A DNA stretch of 11,825 nucleotides from the IMG/VR virus record IMGVR_UViG_2778261009_000010, positions 1 to 11,825 of that record; one strand, written 5' to 3'. The notes under the pieces were generated by a model, which was given only the letters and a program-made list of their open reading frames with translations, was not told the origin of the DNA and searched no databases. The position numbers were made by a program, and so were the translations under genes. This DNA comes from a virus. Lineage: Duplodnaviria > Heunggongvirae > Uroviricota > Caudoviricetes. Of the stretch, positions 5,258 to 11,825 are shown piece after piece. The number at the start of each line of letters is the position of its first letter. The stretch's first letter is position 1.

Positions 5258-5839
5258 TTACTTGTTTTTGCCATGCTTATCCTGAGCGATAAGTTCATCC
5301 ATAAGACTGTCTTTCTTCCCAGCAAACCTAATGTAGCACTCATTTCTATAGCGTTCCGGGATAACAAAACGGTCGATTTCAGGATATCCAGTAGCAGAAG
5401 GTACCCGAATAAGAAGCCCTTTTTCGAGCAATGAGATTGCTTCAGGGCTTCCCTTTTCTGTCTTTAGCTGGTTATTAGCGGCTACAGCGAATGCCAAATA
5501 CGCTCTTTCTCCAAGAGTTAACGAATCAAACAAATCTTGCACGTATTTCTCTTCTTTAGATTTGCGCTTCTGAGCAGCGAATATCTCAATTCTTTCAGTC
5601 ACAGCGTGATAAGCGGAATTAACAACGCCGTTAAGCACATAGCTAACGCAAAACAACAGGATGTAATACATCCAGTAATGAGGAAGGATTTCTGGATTAT
5701 GCAGGTTTATCCATTCTTTTACGCTTACAGGCATAACAATAATCAATATGATCAGGATGATTAGCATATGAATCAACTGTTTAAGTGTCATTCCTTGCAG
5801 GAAAAAATGCATTAGTTCCTGCCACCATGAGTTGTTCAT
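5258..5839 (-). CDS. sieB: SieB-like superinfection exclusion membrane protein
   Basis: 193 aa, convergent with N, same position and orientation as lambda sieB relative to N/ea10; two N-terminal hydrophobic helices (LIHMLIILIILIIVMPVSV; HYWMYYILLFCVSYVLNGVV). Confidence 0.6.
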   Translation of the reverse strand: MNNSWWQELMHFFLQGMTLKQLIHMLIILIILIIVMPVSVKEWINLHNPEILPHYWMYYILLFCVSYVLNGVVNSAYHAVTERIEIFAAQKRKSKEEKYVQDLFDSLTLGERAYLAFAVAANNQLKTEKGSPEAISLLEKGLLIRVPSATGYPEIDRFVIPERYRNECYIRFAGKKDSLMDELIAQDKHGKNK

Positions 5840-6053
5840 CGGCGTTTCTCTTTTGCTCTCTGTAGGGGTGAATAGAGTTTATCCGATTTCTCGCTGTAGG
5901 GGTACACGAGAACCACCGAGCCTGATGTGGTTAAAAGACAGGCATACTAATAAACACTGCACTGTGTATTCATTCCAACGAGTGAATACACTGAGCAATG
6001 TCGCTCGTAACTAAACAGGAGCCGACTTGTTCTGATTATTGGAAATCTTCTTT

Positions 6054-6079
6054 GCCCTCCAATGTGAGGGCGATTTTTT
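6054..6079 (+). terminator. Rho-independent terminator upstream of ea10 (tL2-like position)
   Basis: Stem gccctc (6054-6059), loop caatgt, stem gagggc (6066-6071), then GATTTTTTA. Confidence 0.6.
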
Positions 6080-6099
6080 ATCTGTGAGGATATGAATAG

Positions 6100-6468
6100 A
6101 TGTCAAACATCAAAAAATACATCATTGATTACGACTGGAAAGCATCAATAGAAATTGAAATCGACCATGACGTAATGACAGAGGAAAAACTTCACCAGAT
6201 TAATAATTTCTGGTCAGACTCTGAATACCGACTCAATAAACACGGCTCTGTATTAAATGCTGTATTAATCATGCTGGCGCAACATGCTCTGCTTATAGCA
6301 ATTTCAAGCGACTTAAATGCATATGGTGTTGTGTGTGAGTTCGACTGGAATGATGGAAATGGTCAGGAAGGATGGCCTCCAATGGATGGTAGCGAAGGAA
6401 TAAGAATTACCGATATCGATACATCAGGAATATTTGATTCAGATGATATGACTATCAAAGCCGCCTGA
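6100..6468 (+). CDS. ea10: Ea10-like protein of the lambda pL operon
   Basis: 122 aa; RBS GTGAGGA (6084-6090); size and position upstream of cIII as in lambda. Sequence identity to lambda Ea10 is from memory and not verified. Confidence 0.8.
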   Translation: MSNIKKYIIDYDWKASIEIEIDHDVMTEEKLHQINNFWSDSEYRLNKHGSVLNAVLIMLAQHALLIAISSDLNAYGVVCEFDWNDGNGQEGWPPMDGSEGIRITDIDTSGIFDSDDMTIKAA

Positions 6469-6492
6469 GCGCGGCGTTACCGCATACCAATA

Positions 6493-6518
6493 ACGCTTCA
6501 CTCGAGGCGTTTTTCGTT
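6493..6518 (+). terminator. Terminator-like hairpin between ea10 and cIII
   Basis: Stem acgcttc / gaggcgt (one G-U), loop actc, followed by TTTTCGTT. Confidence 0.35.
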
Positions 6519-6540
6519 ATGTATAAATAAGGAGCACACC

Positions 6541-6705
6541 ATGCAATATGCCATTGCAGGGTGGCCTGTTGCTGGCTGCCCTTCCGAATCTTTACTTGAA
6601 CGAATCACCCGTAAATTACGTGACGGATGGAAACGCCTTATCGACATACTTAATCAGCCAGGAGTCCCAAAAAATGGATCAAACACTTATGGCTATCCAG
6701 ACTAA
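6541..6705 (+). CDS. cIII: CIII (inhibitor of FtsH-mediated CII degradation)
   Basis: Manual translation from ATG 6541 (RBS AAGGAG 6529-6534): [54 protein letters not shown], 54 aa, which I recognise as lambda CIII. Below the 60-aa cutoff of the ORF track. Confidence 0.9.
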   Translation: MQYAIAGWPVAGCPSESLLERITRKLRDGWKRLIDILNQPGVPKNGSNTYGYPD

Positions 6706-6817
6706 ATTCACTATCGCCACTTTTATTGGCGATGAAAAGATGTTTCGTGAGGCCGTCGACGCTTATAAAAAATGGATATTAATACTGAAACTGAGATCAA
6801 GCAAAAGCATTCACTAA
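6674..6817 (+). CDS. kil: Kil (host cell-division inhibitor)
   Basis: 47 aa [47 protein letters not shown], the C-terminal part of track ORF 6548-6817; overlaps the cIII 3' end and the gam 5' end as in lambda. Confidence 0.85.
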   Translation: MDQTLMAIQTKFTIATFIGDEKMFREAVDAYKKWILILKLRSSKSIH

Positions 6818-7188
6818 CCCCCTTTCCTGTTTTCCTAATCAGCCCGGCATTTCGCGGGCGATATTTTCACAGCTATTTCAGGAGTTCAGCCATGAACGCT
6901 TATTACATTCAGGATCGTCTTGAGGCTCAGAGCTGGACGCGTCACTACCAGCAGATCGCCCGTGAAGAGAAAGAGGCAGAACTGGCAGACGACATGGAAA
7001 AAGGTCTGCCCCAGCACCTGTTTGAATCACTCTGCATCGATCATTTACAACGCCACGGGGCCAGCAAAAAAGCCATTACCCGTGCGTTTGATGACGATGT
7101 TGAGTTTCAGGAGCGCATGGCAGAACACATCCGGTACATGGTTGAAACCATTGCTCACCACCAGGTTGATATTGATTCAGAGGTATAA
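6772..7188 (+). CDS. gam: Gam (RecBCD inhibitor)
   Basis: 138 aa [29 protein letters not shown]...[10 protein letters not shown], recognisably lambda Gam. Confidence 0.95.
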   Translation: MDINTETEIKQKHSLTPFPVFLISPAFRGRYFHSYFRSSAMNAYYIQDRLEAQSWTRHYQQIAREEKEAELADDMEKGLPQHLFESLCIDHLQRHGASKKAITRAFDDDVEFQERMAEHIRYMVETIAHHQVDIDSEV

Positions 7189-7193
7189 AACGG

Positions 7194-7979
7194 ATGAGTA
7201 CAGCACTCGCAACGCTGGCTGGGAAGCTGGCTGAACGCGTCGGCATGGATTCTGTCGACCCACAGGAACTGATCACCACTCTTCGCCAGACGGCATTTAA
7301 AGGTGATGCCAGCGATGCGCAGTTCATCGCATTGCTGATCGTCGCCAACCAGTACGGCCTTAATCCGTGGACGAAAGAAATTTACGCCTTCCCTGACAAG
7401 CAGAACGGCATCGTTCCGGTGGTGGGCGTTGATGGCTGGTCCCGTATCATCAATGAAAACCAGCAGTTTGATGGCATGGACTTTGAGCAGGACAATGAAT
7501 CCTGCACATGCCGGATTTACCGCAAGGACCGCAATCATCCGATCTGCGTTACCGAGTGGATGGATGAATGCCGCCGCGAACCATTCAAAACCCGCGAAGG
7601 CAGAGAAATCACGGGGCCGTGGCAGTCGCATCCCAAACGGATGTTACGGCATAAAGCCATGATTCAGTGTGCCCGTCTCGCCTTCGGATTTGCTGGTATC
7701 TATGACAAGGATGAAGCCGAGCGCATTGTCGAAAATACCGCATACACTGCAGAACGTCAGCCGGAACGCGACATCACTCCGGTTAACGATGAAACCATGC
7801 AGGAGATTAACACTCTGCTGATTGCCCTGGATAAAACATGGGATGACGACTTATTGCCGCTCTGTTCCCAGATATTTCGCCGCGACATTCGCGCATCGTC
7901 AGAACTGACACAGGCCGAAGCAGTGAAAGCTCTTGGATTCCTGAAACAGAAAGCCACTGAGCAGAAGGTGGCTGCATGA
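7194..7979 (+). CDS. bet: Bet (Red-beta single-strand annealing recombinase)
   Basis: 261 aa [37 protein letters not shown]..., recognisably lambda Bet. Confidence 0.95.
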   Translation: MSTALATLAGKLAERVGMDSVDPQELITTLRQTAFKGDASDAQFIALLIVANQYGLNPWTKEIYAFPDKQNGIVPVVGVDGWSRIINENQQFDGMDFEQDNESCTCRIYRKDRNHPICVTEWMDECRREPFKTREGREITGPWQSHPKRMLRHKAMIQCARLAFGFAGIYDKDEAERIVENTAYTAERQPERDITPVNDETMQEINTLLIALDKTWDDDLLPLCSQIFRRDIRASSELTQAEAVKALGFLKQKATEQKVAA

Positions 7980-8656
7980 CACCGGACATTATCCTGCAGC
8001 GTACCGGGATCGACGTGAGAGCTGTCGAACAGGGGGATGATGCGTGGCACAAATTACGGCTCGGCGTCATCACCGCTTCAGAGGTTCACAATGTGATAGC
8101 AAAACCCCGCTCCGGAAAGAAATGGCCTGACATGAAAATGTCCTACTTCCACACCCTGCTTGCCGAGGTTTGCACCGGTGTGGCTCCGGAAGTTAACGCT
8201 AAGGCACTGGCCTGGGGAAAACAGTACGAGAACGACGCCAGAACCCTGTTTGAGTTCACTTCCGGCGTGAATGTTACTGAATCCCCGATCATCTATCGCG
8301 ACGAAAGTATGCGCACCGCCTGCTCTCCCGATGGTTTATGCAGTGACGGCAATGGCCTTGAGCTGAAATGCCCGTTTACCTCCCGGGATTTCATGAAGTT
8401 CCGGCTCGGTGGTTTCGAGGCCATAAAGTCGGCTTACATGGCCCAGGTGCAGTACAGCATGTGGGTGACGCGAAAAGATGCCTGGTACTTTGCCAACTAT
8501 GACCCGCGGATGAAGCGTGAAGGCCTGCATTATGTCGTGGTTGAGCGGGATGAAAAGTACATAGCGAGTTTTGACGAGATGGTGCCGGAGTTCATCGAAA
8601 AAATGGACGAGGCACTGGCTGAAATTGGTTTTGTATTTGGGGAGCAATGGCGATGA
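7976..8656 (+). CDS. exo: Exo (lambda exonuclease, Red-alpha)
   Basis: 226 aa [50 protein letters not shown]..., recognisably lambda Exo; start overlaps bet stop (ATGA). Confidence 0.95.
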   Translation: MTPDIILQRTGIDVRAVEQGDDAWHKLRLGVITASEVHNVIAKPRSGKKWPDMKMSYFHTLLAEVCTGVAPEVNAKALAWGKQYENDARTLFEFTSGVNVTESPIIYRDESMRTACSPDGLCSDGNGLELKCPFTSRDFMKFRLGGFEAIKSAYMAQVQYSMWVTRKDAWYFANYDPRMKREGLHYVVVERDEKYIASFDEMVPEFIEKMDEALAEIGFVFGEQWR

Positions 8657-8811
8657 CGCATCCTCACGATAATATCCGGGTAGGCGCGATCACTTTCGTC
8701 TACTCCGTTACAAAGCGAGGCTGGGTATTTCCCGGCCTTTCTGTTATCCGAAATCCGCTGAAAGCCCAGCGGCTGGCTGAGGAGATAAATAATAAACGGG
8801 AGAGTGTATGA
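8653..8811 (+). CDS. Small hypothetical protein (52 aa), translationally coupled between exo and the 250-aa ORF
   Basis: Manual translation from ATG 8653 (overlapping the exo stop): [52 protein letters not shown]; its stop overlaps the next ATG (ATGA at 8808-8811). Too short for the ORF track. Confidence 0.5.
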   Translation: MTHPHDNIRVGAITFVYSVTKRGWVFPGLSVIRNPLKAQRLAEEINNKRESV

Positions 8812-9560
8812 TTCATTTTCACGGTGGTCCAATAACTCCCGATACCTGTGCGTTGAAAGCCTGGAAAGGCAGACACGCATTCATCAGTTTTGCTAATCCA
8901 GCTCAGATTGATCTGGCTTCCGAAGTCACCCAATCATTTGCTCTTGATAATGGTGCATTCACATTCTGGACAAAAAACAAGGCCGTAGACTGGAATGAAT
9001 ATTACAGATTTGTTGAACGCTGGGGCAATCACCCTCGTTTCTCATTCGCGGTTATCCCGGATGTTATCGGCGGAACCAGTGAAGAGAATGACGCCCTGAT
9101 TGCGGCATGGCCTCACGGTAAATTTATTGGTGCTCCGGTGTGGCACATGAACGAACCAGATGAGCGATTTATTCGTCTGTGCCATGAGTTTCCCCGCGTC
9201 TGCATCGGCTCGATGGGGGAATACGATGCAAAACGACCGAGAGCGTGTCGGGCTAAACTACGCGATCTTATACGTCATGTTGTAGATCAGTACGGCTACC
9301 CAATCACCAAGATTCATGGGTTACGGATGTTAAATAAAGACATTTTTACTCATGTACCGCTTTCGTCTGCAGACAGCACGAACGTCGCAAGAAATATAGG
9401 CATCGACAAATCCTGGGTAGGTTCGCCATATGCTCCCGCAAGTAAAGAAACCCGTACGCAAGTTCTTGTGGAACGCATTGAATCATTCAACAGTGCCAGT
9501 TCACTTAATTACAACGCTGAACGGGACGTCTTTACCCCTCAACTGGCATTCGAAGTGTGA
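8808..9560 (+). CDS. Hypothetical protein (250 aa), accessory gene downstream of exo
   Basis: Long ORF in the operon orientation, start coupled to the preceding small ORF. Not any lambda protein I can recognise. Confidence 0.75.
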   Translation: MIHFHGGPITPDTCALKAWKGRHAFISFANPAQIDLASEVTQSFALDNGAFTFWTKNKAVDWNEYYRFVERWGNHPRFSFAVIPDVIGGTSEENDALIAAWPHGKFIGAPVWHMNEPDERFIRLCHEFPRVCIGSMGEYDAKRPRACRAKLRDLIRHVVDQYGYPITKIHGLRMLNKDIFTHVPLSSADSTNVARNIGIDKSWVGSPYAPASKETRTQVLVERIESFNSASSLNYNAERDVFTPQLAFEV

Positions 9561-9567
9561 GGCCAAT

Positions 9568-9783
9568 ATGACAATAGAACATAATAACGCCCTTCGCAGT
9601 ATTGCCCGTCAGGCTAATTCTGAAATCAAAAAAGCCAGACAGCAGTTTCCGGATAAAAACGTCGATGACATTTGCCGTAGCGTACTGAAGAAGCACCGCG
9701 AAACGGTAACGCTGATGGGATTCACACCGACTCACTTAAGTCTGGCAATCGGCATGTTAAACGGCGTTTTTAAGGAACGGTGA
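9568..9783 (+). CDS. Hypothetical protein (71 aa)
   Basis: ATG 9568 preceded by GAGG (9559-9562), 7 nt after the stop of the 250-aa ORF; MTIEHNNALRSIARQANSEIKKARQQFPDKNVDD... The track ORF 9430-9783 is an upstream extension that overlaps the preceding gene and is unlikely to be the real start. Confidence 0.6.
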   Translation: MTIEHNNALRSIARQANSEIKKARQQFPDKNVDDICRSVLKKHRETVTLMGFTPTHLSLAIGMLNGVFKER

Positions 9784-9805
9784 ACATGAAAAGCAAAATC
9801 ATCAG

Positions 9806-9826
9806 GGAGCTACAGGCTCCTTTTTT
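9806..9826 (+). terminator. Weak terminator-like hairpin
   Basis: Stem ggagc (9806-9810), loop tacag, stem gctcc (9816-9820), then TTTTTT (9821-9826). Short stem. Confidence 0.3.
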
Positions 9827-9881
9827 ATTATTCGCATTCACCCTCAAGCGTATTAACCAACAATTCAGGGATTAATGAAAG

Positions 9882-10103
9882 ATGGCAGACATCATTGATT
9901 CAGCATCAGAAATTGAAGAATTACAGCGCAACACAGCAATAAAAATGCGCCGCCTGAACCACCAGGCTATATCTGCCACTCATTGTTGTGAGTGTGGCGA
10001 TCCGATAGATGAACGAAGACGCCTGGCCGTTCAGGGTTGTCGGACTTGTGCAAGTTGCCAGGAGGATCTGGAACTTATCAGTAAACAGAGAGGTTCGAAG
10101 TGA
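9882..10103 (+). CDS. TraR/DksA-family C4 zinc-finger protein (lambda Orf73-like RNA polymerase-binding factor)
   Basis: 73 aa with CxxC-x17-CxxC (CCECGDPIDERRRLAVQGCRTCASC), the DksA/TraR zinc-finger signature, and the size of TraR-type proteins. Confidence 0.8.
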   Translation: MADIIDSASEIEELQRNTAIKMRRLNHQAISATHCCECGDPIDERRRLAVQGCRTCASCQEDLELISKQRGSK

Positions 10104-10255
10104 GCGAAATTAACTAGAAGTCAAAGATAAAATCATCGCTGAGCAGGAGAAAATCGCTAACGGAGAAAAGACAGTAAGTCAGTATATGAAAACCGCATGA
10201 TATCATCAGATAAAAATCGATCGTAAAGCGAAATATTCATACCAGAATAAACGAG

Positions 10256-10279
10256 TCGAGGTAAATTATATTACCTCGA
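10256..10279 (-). terminator. Hairpin downstream of the minus-strand membrane-protein gene, possible terminator
   Basis: Perfect 9-bp inverted repeat tcgaggtaa / ttacctcga with 6-nt loop, 35-60 nt past the stop of the 10314-10916 gene; the following minus-strand sequence is only moderately U-rich. Confidence 0.35.
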
Positions 10280-10313
10280 TAAATTAACTAAAACTTGCCC
10301 GCTATATACTATC

Positions 10314-10916
10314 TCATTCAGTATCATCACGCGTGGTCTGTGCATATGTCACTACCGCACCTAATGTATTAATTTTCTTTTCAACATAGATAATATTATC
10401 GTACTCATAATTGCCATACGGATAGCAAATGCGAATATCCTCATGTAGATCGGGGTCATCCACCTCAGCTCCAGAACAACTTTTTGAACTACCGGAAGTA
10501 TACCGATACGGTGCAACATAAGACGATGTCTCTCCAGGCAAAAAATAAGTTAGTGTTGTAAGGGGTATAATCAGAAAAAATCCAGAAAATATGCATATCC
10601 CTGCATAAACCTTAAGGTATGCTGACAGACTCTTCCAGCCGCTTTGTTTTACTATCCCCTTCTTAACCCAAAACAGAGATAACAGAAAAGCTATTCCCAT
10701 GCTAAACAGAATGTAATAGTGGGATATACTCTGATTAAGAAACGTGACCCTGTAGATATCTGCCCGCCACCAGAAGAAAAGGAAAATAAAGATCAGCCCT
10801 GAAACTGTCATGCAAATCAAATAAGGATACGAATCTTTTTTCATGTTTAGCGCCCATAAAATTTTTCCTGCCCCGGACAAATTTACCATCCATTTTTTGC
10901 GCAGAAAATAGCTCAT
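10314..10916 (-). CDS. Hypothetical integral membrane protein (3-4 predicted TM helices), low-GC moron on the opposite strand; start uncertain (ATG 10916 or internal ATG 10844)
   Basis: 200 aa with hydrophobic segments YLICMTVSGLIFIFLFFWW, YYILFSMGIAFLLSLFWV, ICIFSGFFLIIPLTTLTYFL and a roughly 60-aa hydrophilic C-terminal domain; coding sequence visibly more AT-rich than the lambda-type genes; opposite strand to the surrounding operon. Confidence 0.7.
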   Translation of the reverse strand: MSYFLRKKWMVNLSGAGKILWALNMKKDSYPYLICMTVSGLIFIFLFFWWRADIYRVTFLNQSISHYYILFSMGIAFLLSLFWVKKGIVKQSGWKSLSAYLKVYAGICIFSGFFLIIPLTTLTYFLPGETSSYVAPYRYTSGSSKSCSGAEVDDPDLHEDIRICYPYGNYEYDNIIYVEKKINTLGAVVTYAQTTRDDTE

Positions 10917-11087
10917 TACTTACTGCACAATAATACACAAAATTGCGTAAATTTTTTGCATGGATTTTAGCTCTTTCAGCCGACATTTAAGGGGTAAAGA
11001 GCATTTCCTAAAAGCAACTGACCAACCCAACAGAATGGGCTACCGCTTACGTTGAGAGCAAAAAAGTGTATAGCAGCAATGAACAGC

Positions 11088-11116
11088 ATCCTCGCACTGA
11101 CGAGGATTTCTTTTAT
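11088..11116 (+). terminator. Rho-independent terminator with no obvious upstream plus-strand gene
   Basis: Stem atcctcg (11088-11094), loop cactga, stem cgaggat (11101-11107), then TTCTTTTAT. Confidence 0.6.
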
Positions 11117-11157
11117 CTGAACTCGCTACGGCGGGTTTTGTTTTATGGAGACAAGAA

Positions 11158-11502
11158 ATGTCAGATTTGGCTATGAAGGTTTTGAAATGGCAATCAACTG
11201 GCGATGTCGGCATCAGTAGCGCAACTCTTGCCTCAATCGCATGTGGCCTGAAAAAGAATATCTATGGTCATCACTTCGGCGCTCCCCATGACGCAGCAGA
11301 CTTTCGGCGATGCGTTGCACTTGTTGAGCAGATTCCAGAAATCAGAGATTCATTCGACAAGGTTGCAAAGCGCGTTCCGGCATTCAAAGGAATCCTCAAC
11401 GAATGGGATTCACTCGTTGCTCTGTTGAAGTCTGAAATGAAGACGTACGGGAACAAAGCACCAGAGACTTACAGAAGAATCAGCGAGCTACGCAAGGACT
11501 AA
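11158..11502 (+). CDS. Hypothetical protein (114 aa)
   Basis: ORF with GGAGA (11145-11149) upstream of ATG 11158; followed by a hairpin gcctca/tgaggc at 11506-11524. No recognised family. Confidence 0.7.
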   Translation: MSDLAMKVLKWQSTGDVGISSATLASIACGLKKNIYGHHFGAPHDAADFRRCVALVEQIPEIRDSFDKVAKRVPAFKGILNEWDSLVALLKSEMKTYGNKAPETYRRISELRKD

Positions 11503-11624
11503 CCCGCCTCACACTCGATGAGGCCTGTTCATTTCTCAAGATATCCAGACCTACCATTGCTGCATCAATGCGGCTTTTTATTGCCTGATTTGCAGGTTCG
11601 ATTCCATATTCGGAGATAGCACTC

Positions 11625-11825
11625 ATGCAACACGAACTACAACCTGATTCACTGGTTGATTTGAAATTCATCATGGCTGATACTGGCTTCGGTAAGACCT
11701 TCATCTATGACCGGATTAAGTCCGGCGACCTGCCTAAAGCCAAAGTTATCCACGGACGAGCAAGATGGTTATATCGTGACCATTGTGAATTCAAAAATAA
11801 GCTCTTAAGCCGCGCCAATGGGTAA
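11625..11825 (+). CDS. AlpA-family DNA-binding protein, probable excisionase (Xis) preceding an integrase beyond the window
   Basis: 66 aa; MerR-like winged HTH pattern typical of AlpA/Xis proteins (LVDLKFIMADTGFGKTFIYDRIKSGDLPKAKVIHGRARWLYRDHCEFKNKL); GGAGA RBS upstream; located where xis sits in lambdoid phages (distal end of the pL operon). Confidence 0.75.
   Translation: MQHELQPDSLVDLKFIMADTGFGKTFIYDRIKSGDLPKAKVIHGRARWLYRDHCEFKNKLLSRANG

Noticed and set aside
5537-6014. Track ORFs 5537-5764(+) and 5832-6014(+); search for ral
   Set aside because: 5537-5764 is antisense inside sieB. 5832-6014 and a 29-aa ORF at about 5998 show no Ral-like sequence (Ral is Cys-rich, begins MTTTIDKNQW), so ral is judged absent rather than annotated.
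6548-6673. N-terminal part of track ORF 6548-6817 (MPLQGGLLLAALPNLYLNESPVNYV...)
   Set aside because: It is the wrong frame across cIII; the real genes are cIII (6541-6705, own RBS) and kil (6674-6817).
6920-8933. Track ORFs 6920-7234(+), 7076-7348(-), 7155-7631(-), 7429-7662(+), 7757-8050(-), 7807-8073(-), 8336-8647(-), 8530-8880(-), 8700-8933(-)
   Set aside because: All are alternative-frame or antisense ORFs inside gam, bet, exo or the 250-aa gene, typical of GC-rich coding DNA.
9430-9735. Long version of ORF 9430-9783 and minus ORF 9532-9735
   Set aside because: The long version overlaps the last 130 nt of the 250-aa gene; the RBS-supported start is ATG 9568. The minus ORF is antisense.
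9786-9875. 29-aa ORF (MKSKIIRELQAPFLLFAFTLKRINQQFRD) between the 71-aa gene and the TraR-like gene
   Set aside because: Very short, contains the terminator-like hairpin, no clear RBS; could be a real micro-ORF but unsupported.
10735-10986. 83-aa minus-strand ORF overlapping the 5' end of the membrane-protein gene
   Set aside because: Different frame of the same AT-rich region; the longer hydrophobic frame is more plausible.
11271-11704. Minus-strand ORFs 11271-11456 and 11480-11704
   Set aside because: Antisense to the 114-aa gene and to the xis-like start region; no signals.
1-11825. tRNA genes, rRNA, CRISPR arrays, attachment site
   Set aside because: No cloverleaf-like or repeat-spacer structure noticed by eye; the integrase and att site expected after the xis-like gene lie outside the window.

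Overview
This window is the immunity / early-left / early-right region of a lambdoid prophage, drawn in the opposite orientation to the standard lambda map, with an IS3-family (IS629-like) element at its left edge. Left to right: IS end; ren (minus strand, truncated by the IS); lambda-type replication genes P and O (minus) with the ori-lambda iterons inside O; an oop-like antisense RNA; a non-lambda immunity module (cII-like and cro-like on minus, divergent OR region, cI-like repressor on plus); a two-gene, translationally coupled cargo operon of unknown function sitting where lambda carries rexA-rexB; terminator; putative OL/pL and nutL; a P22/phage-21-type N antiterminator; a convergent sieB-like membrane protein; then a lambda-type pL operon (ea10, cIII, kil, gam, bet, exo) followed by accessory genes (52-aa coupled ORF, 250-aa and 71-aa hypotheticals, TraR/DksA-type zinc-finger protein, a low-GC membrane-protein moron on the opposite strand, a 114-aa hypothetical) and an AlpA/Xis-type gene at the right edge. 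All protein identifications rest on reading the supplied translations against remembered lambda/P22 sequences and motifs; no database search or alignment was run. The most interesting candidate for an undescribed system is the cI-linked two-gene cassette at 3503-4518 (small soluble protein plus a coiled-coil, C-terminally membrane-anchored protein). No tRNA, rRNA or CRISPR array was seen.
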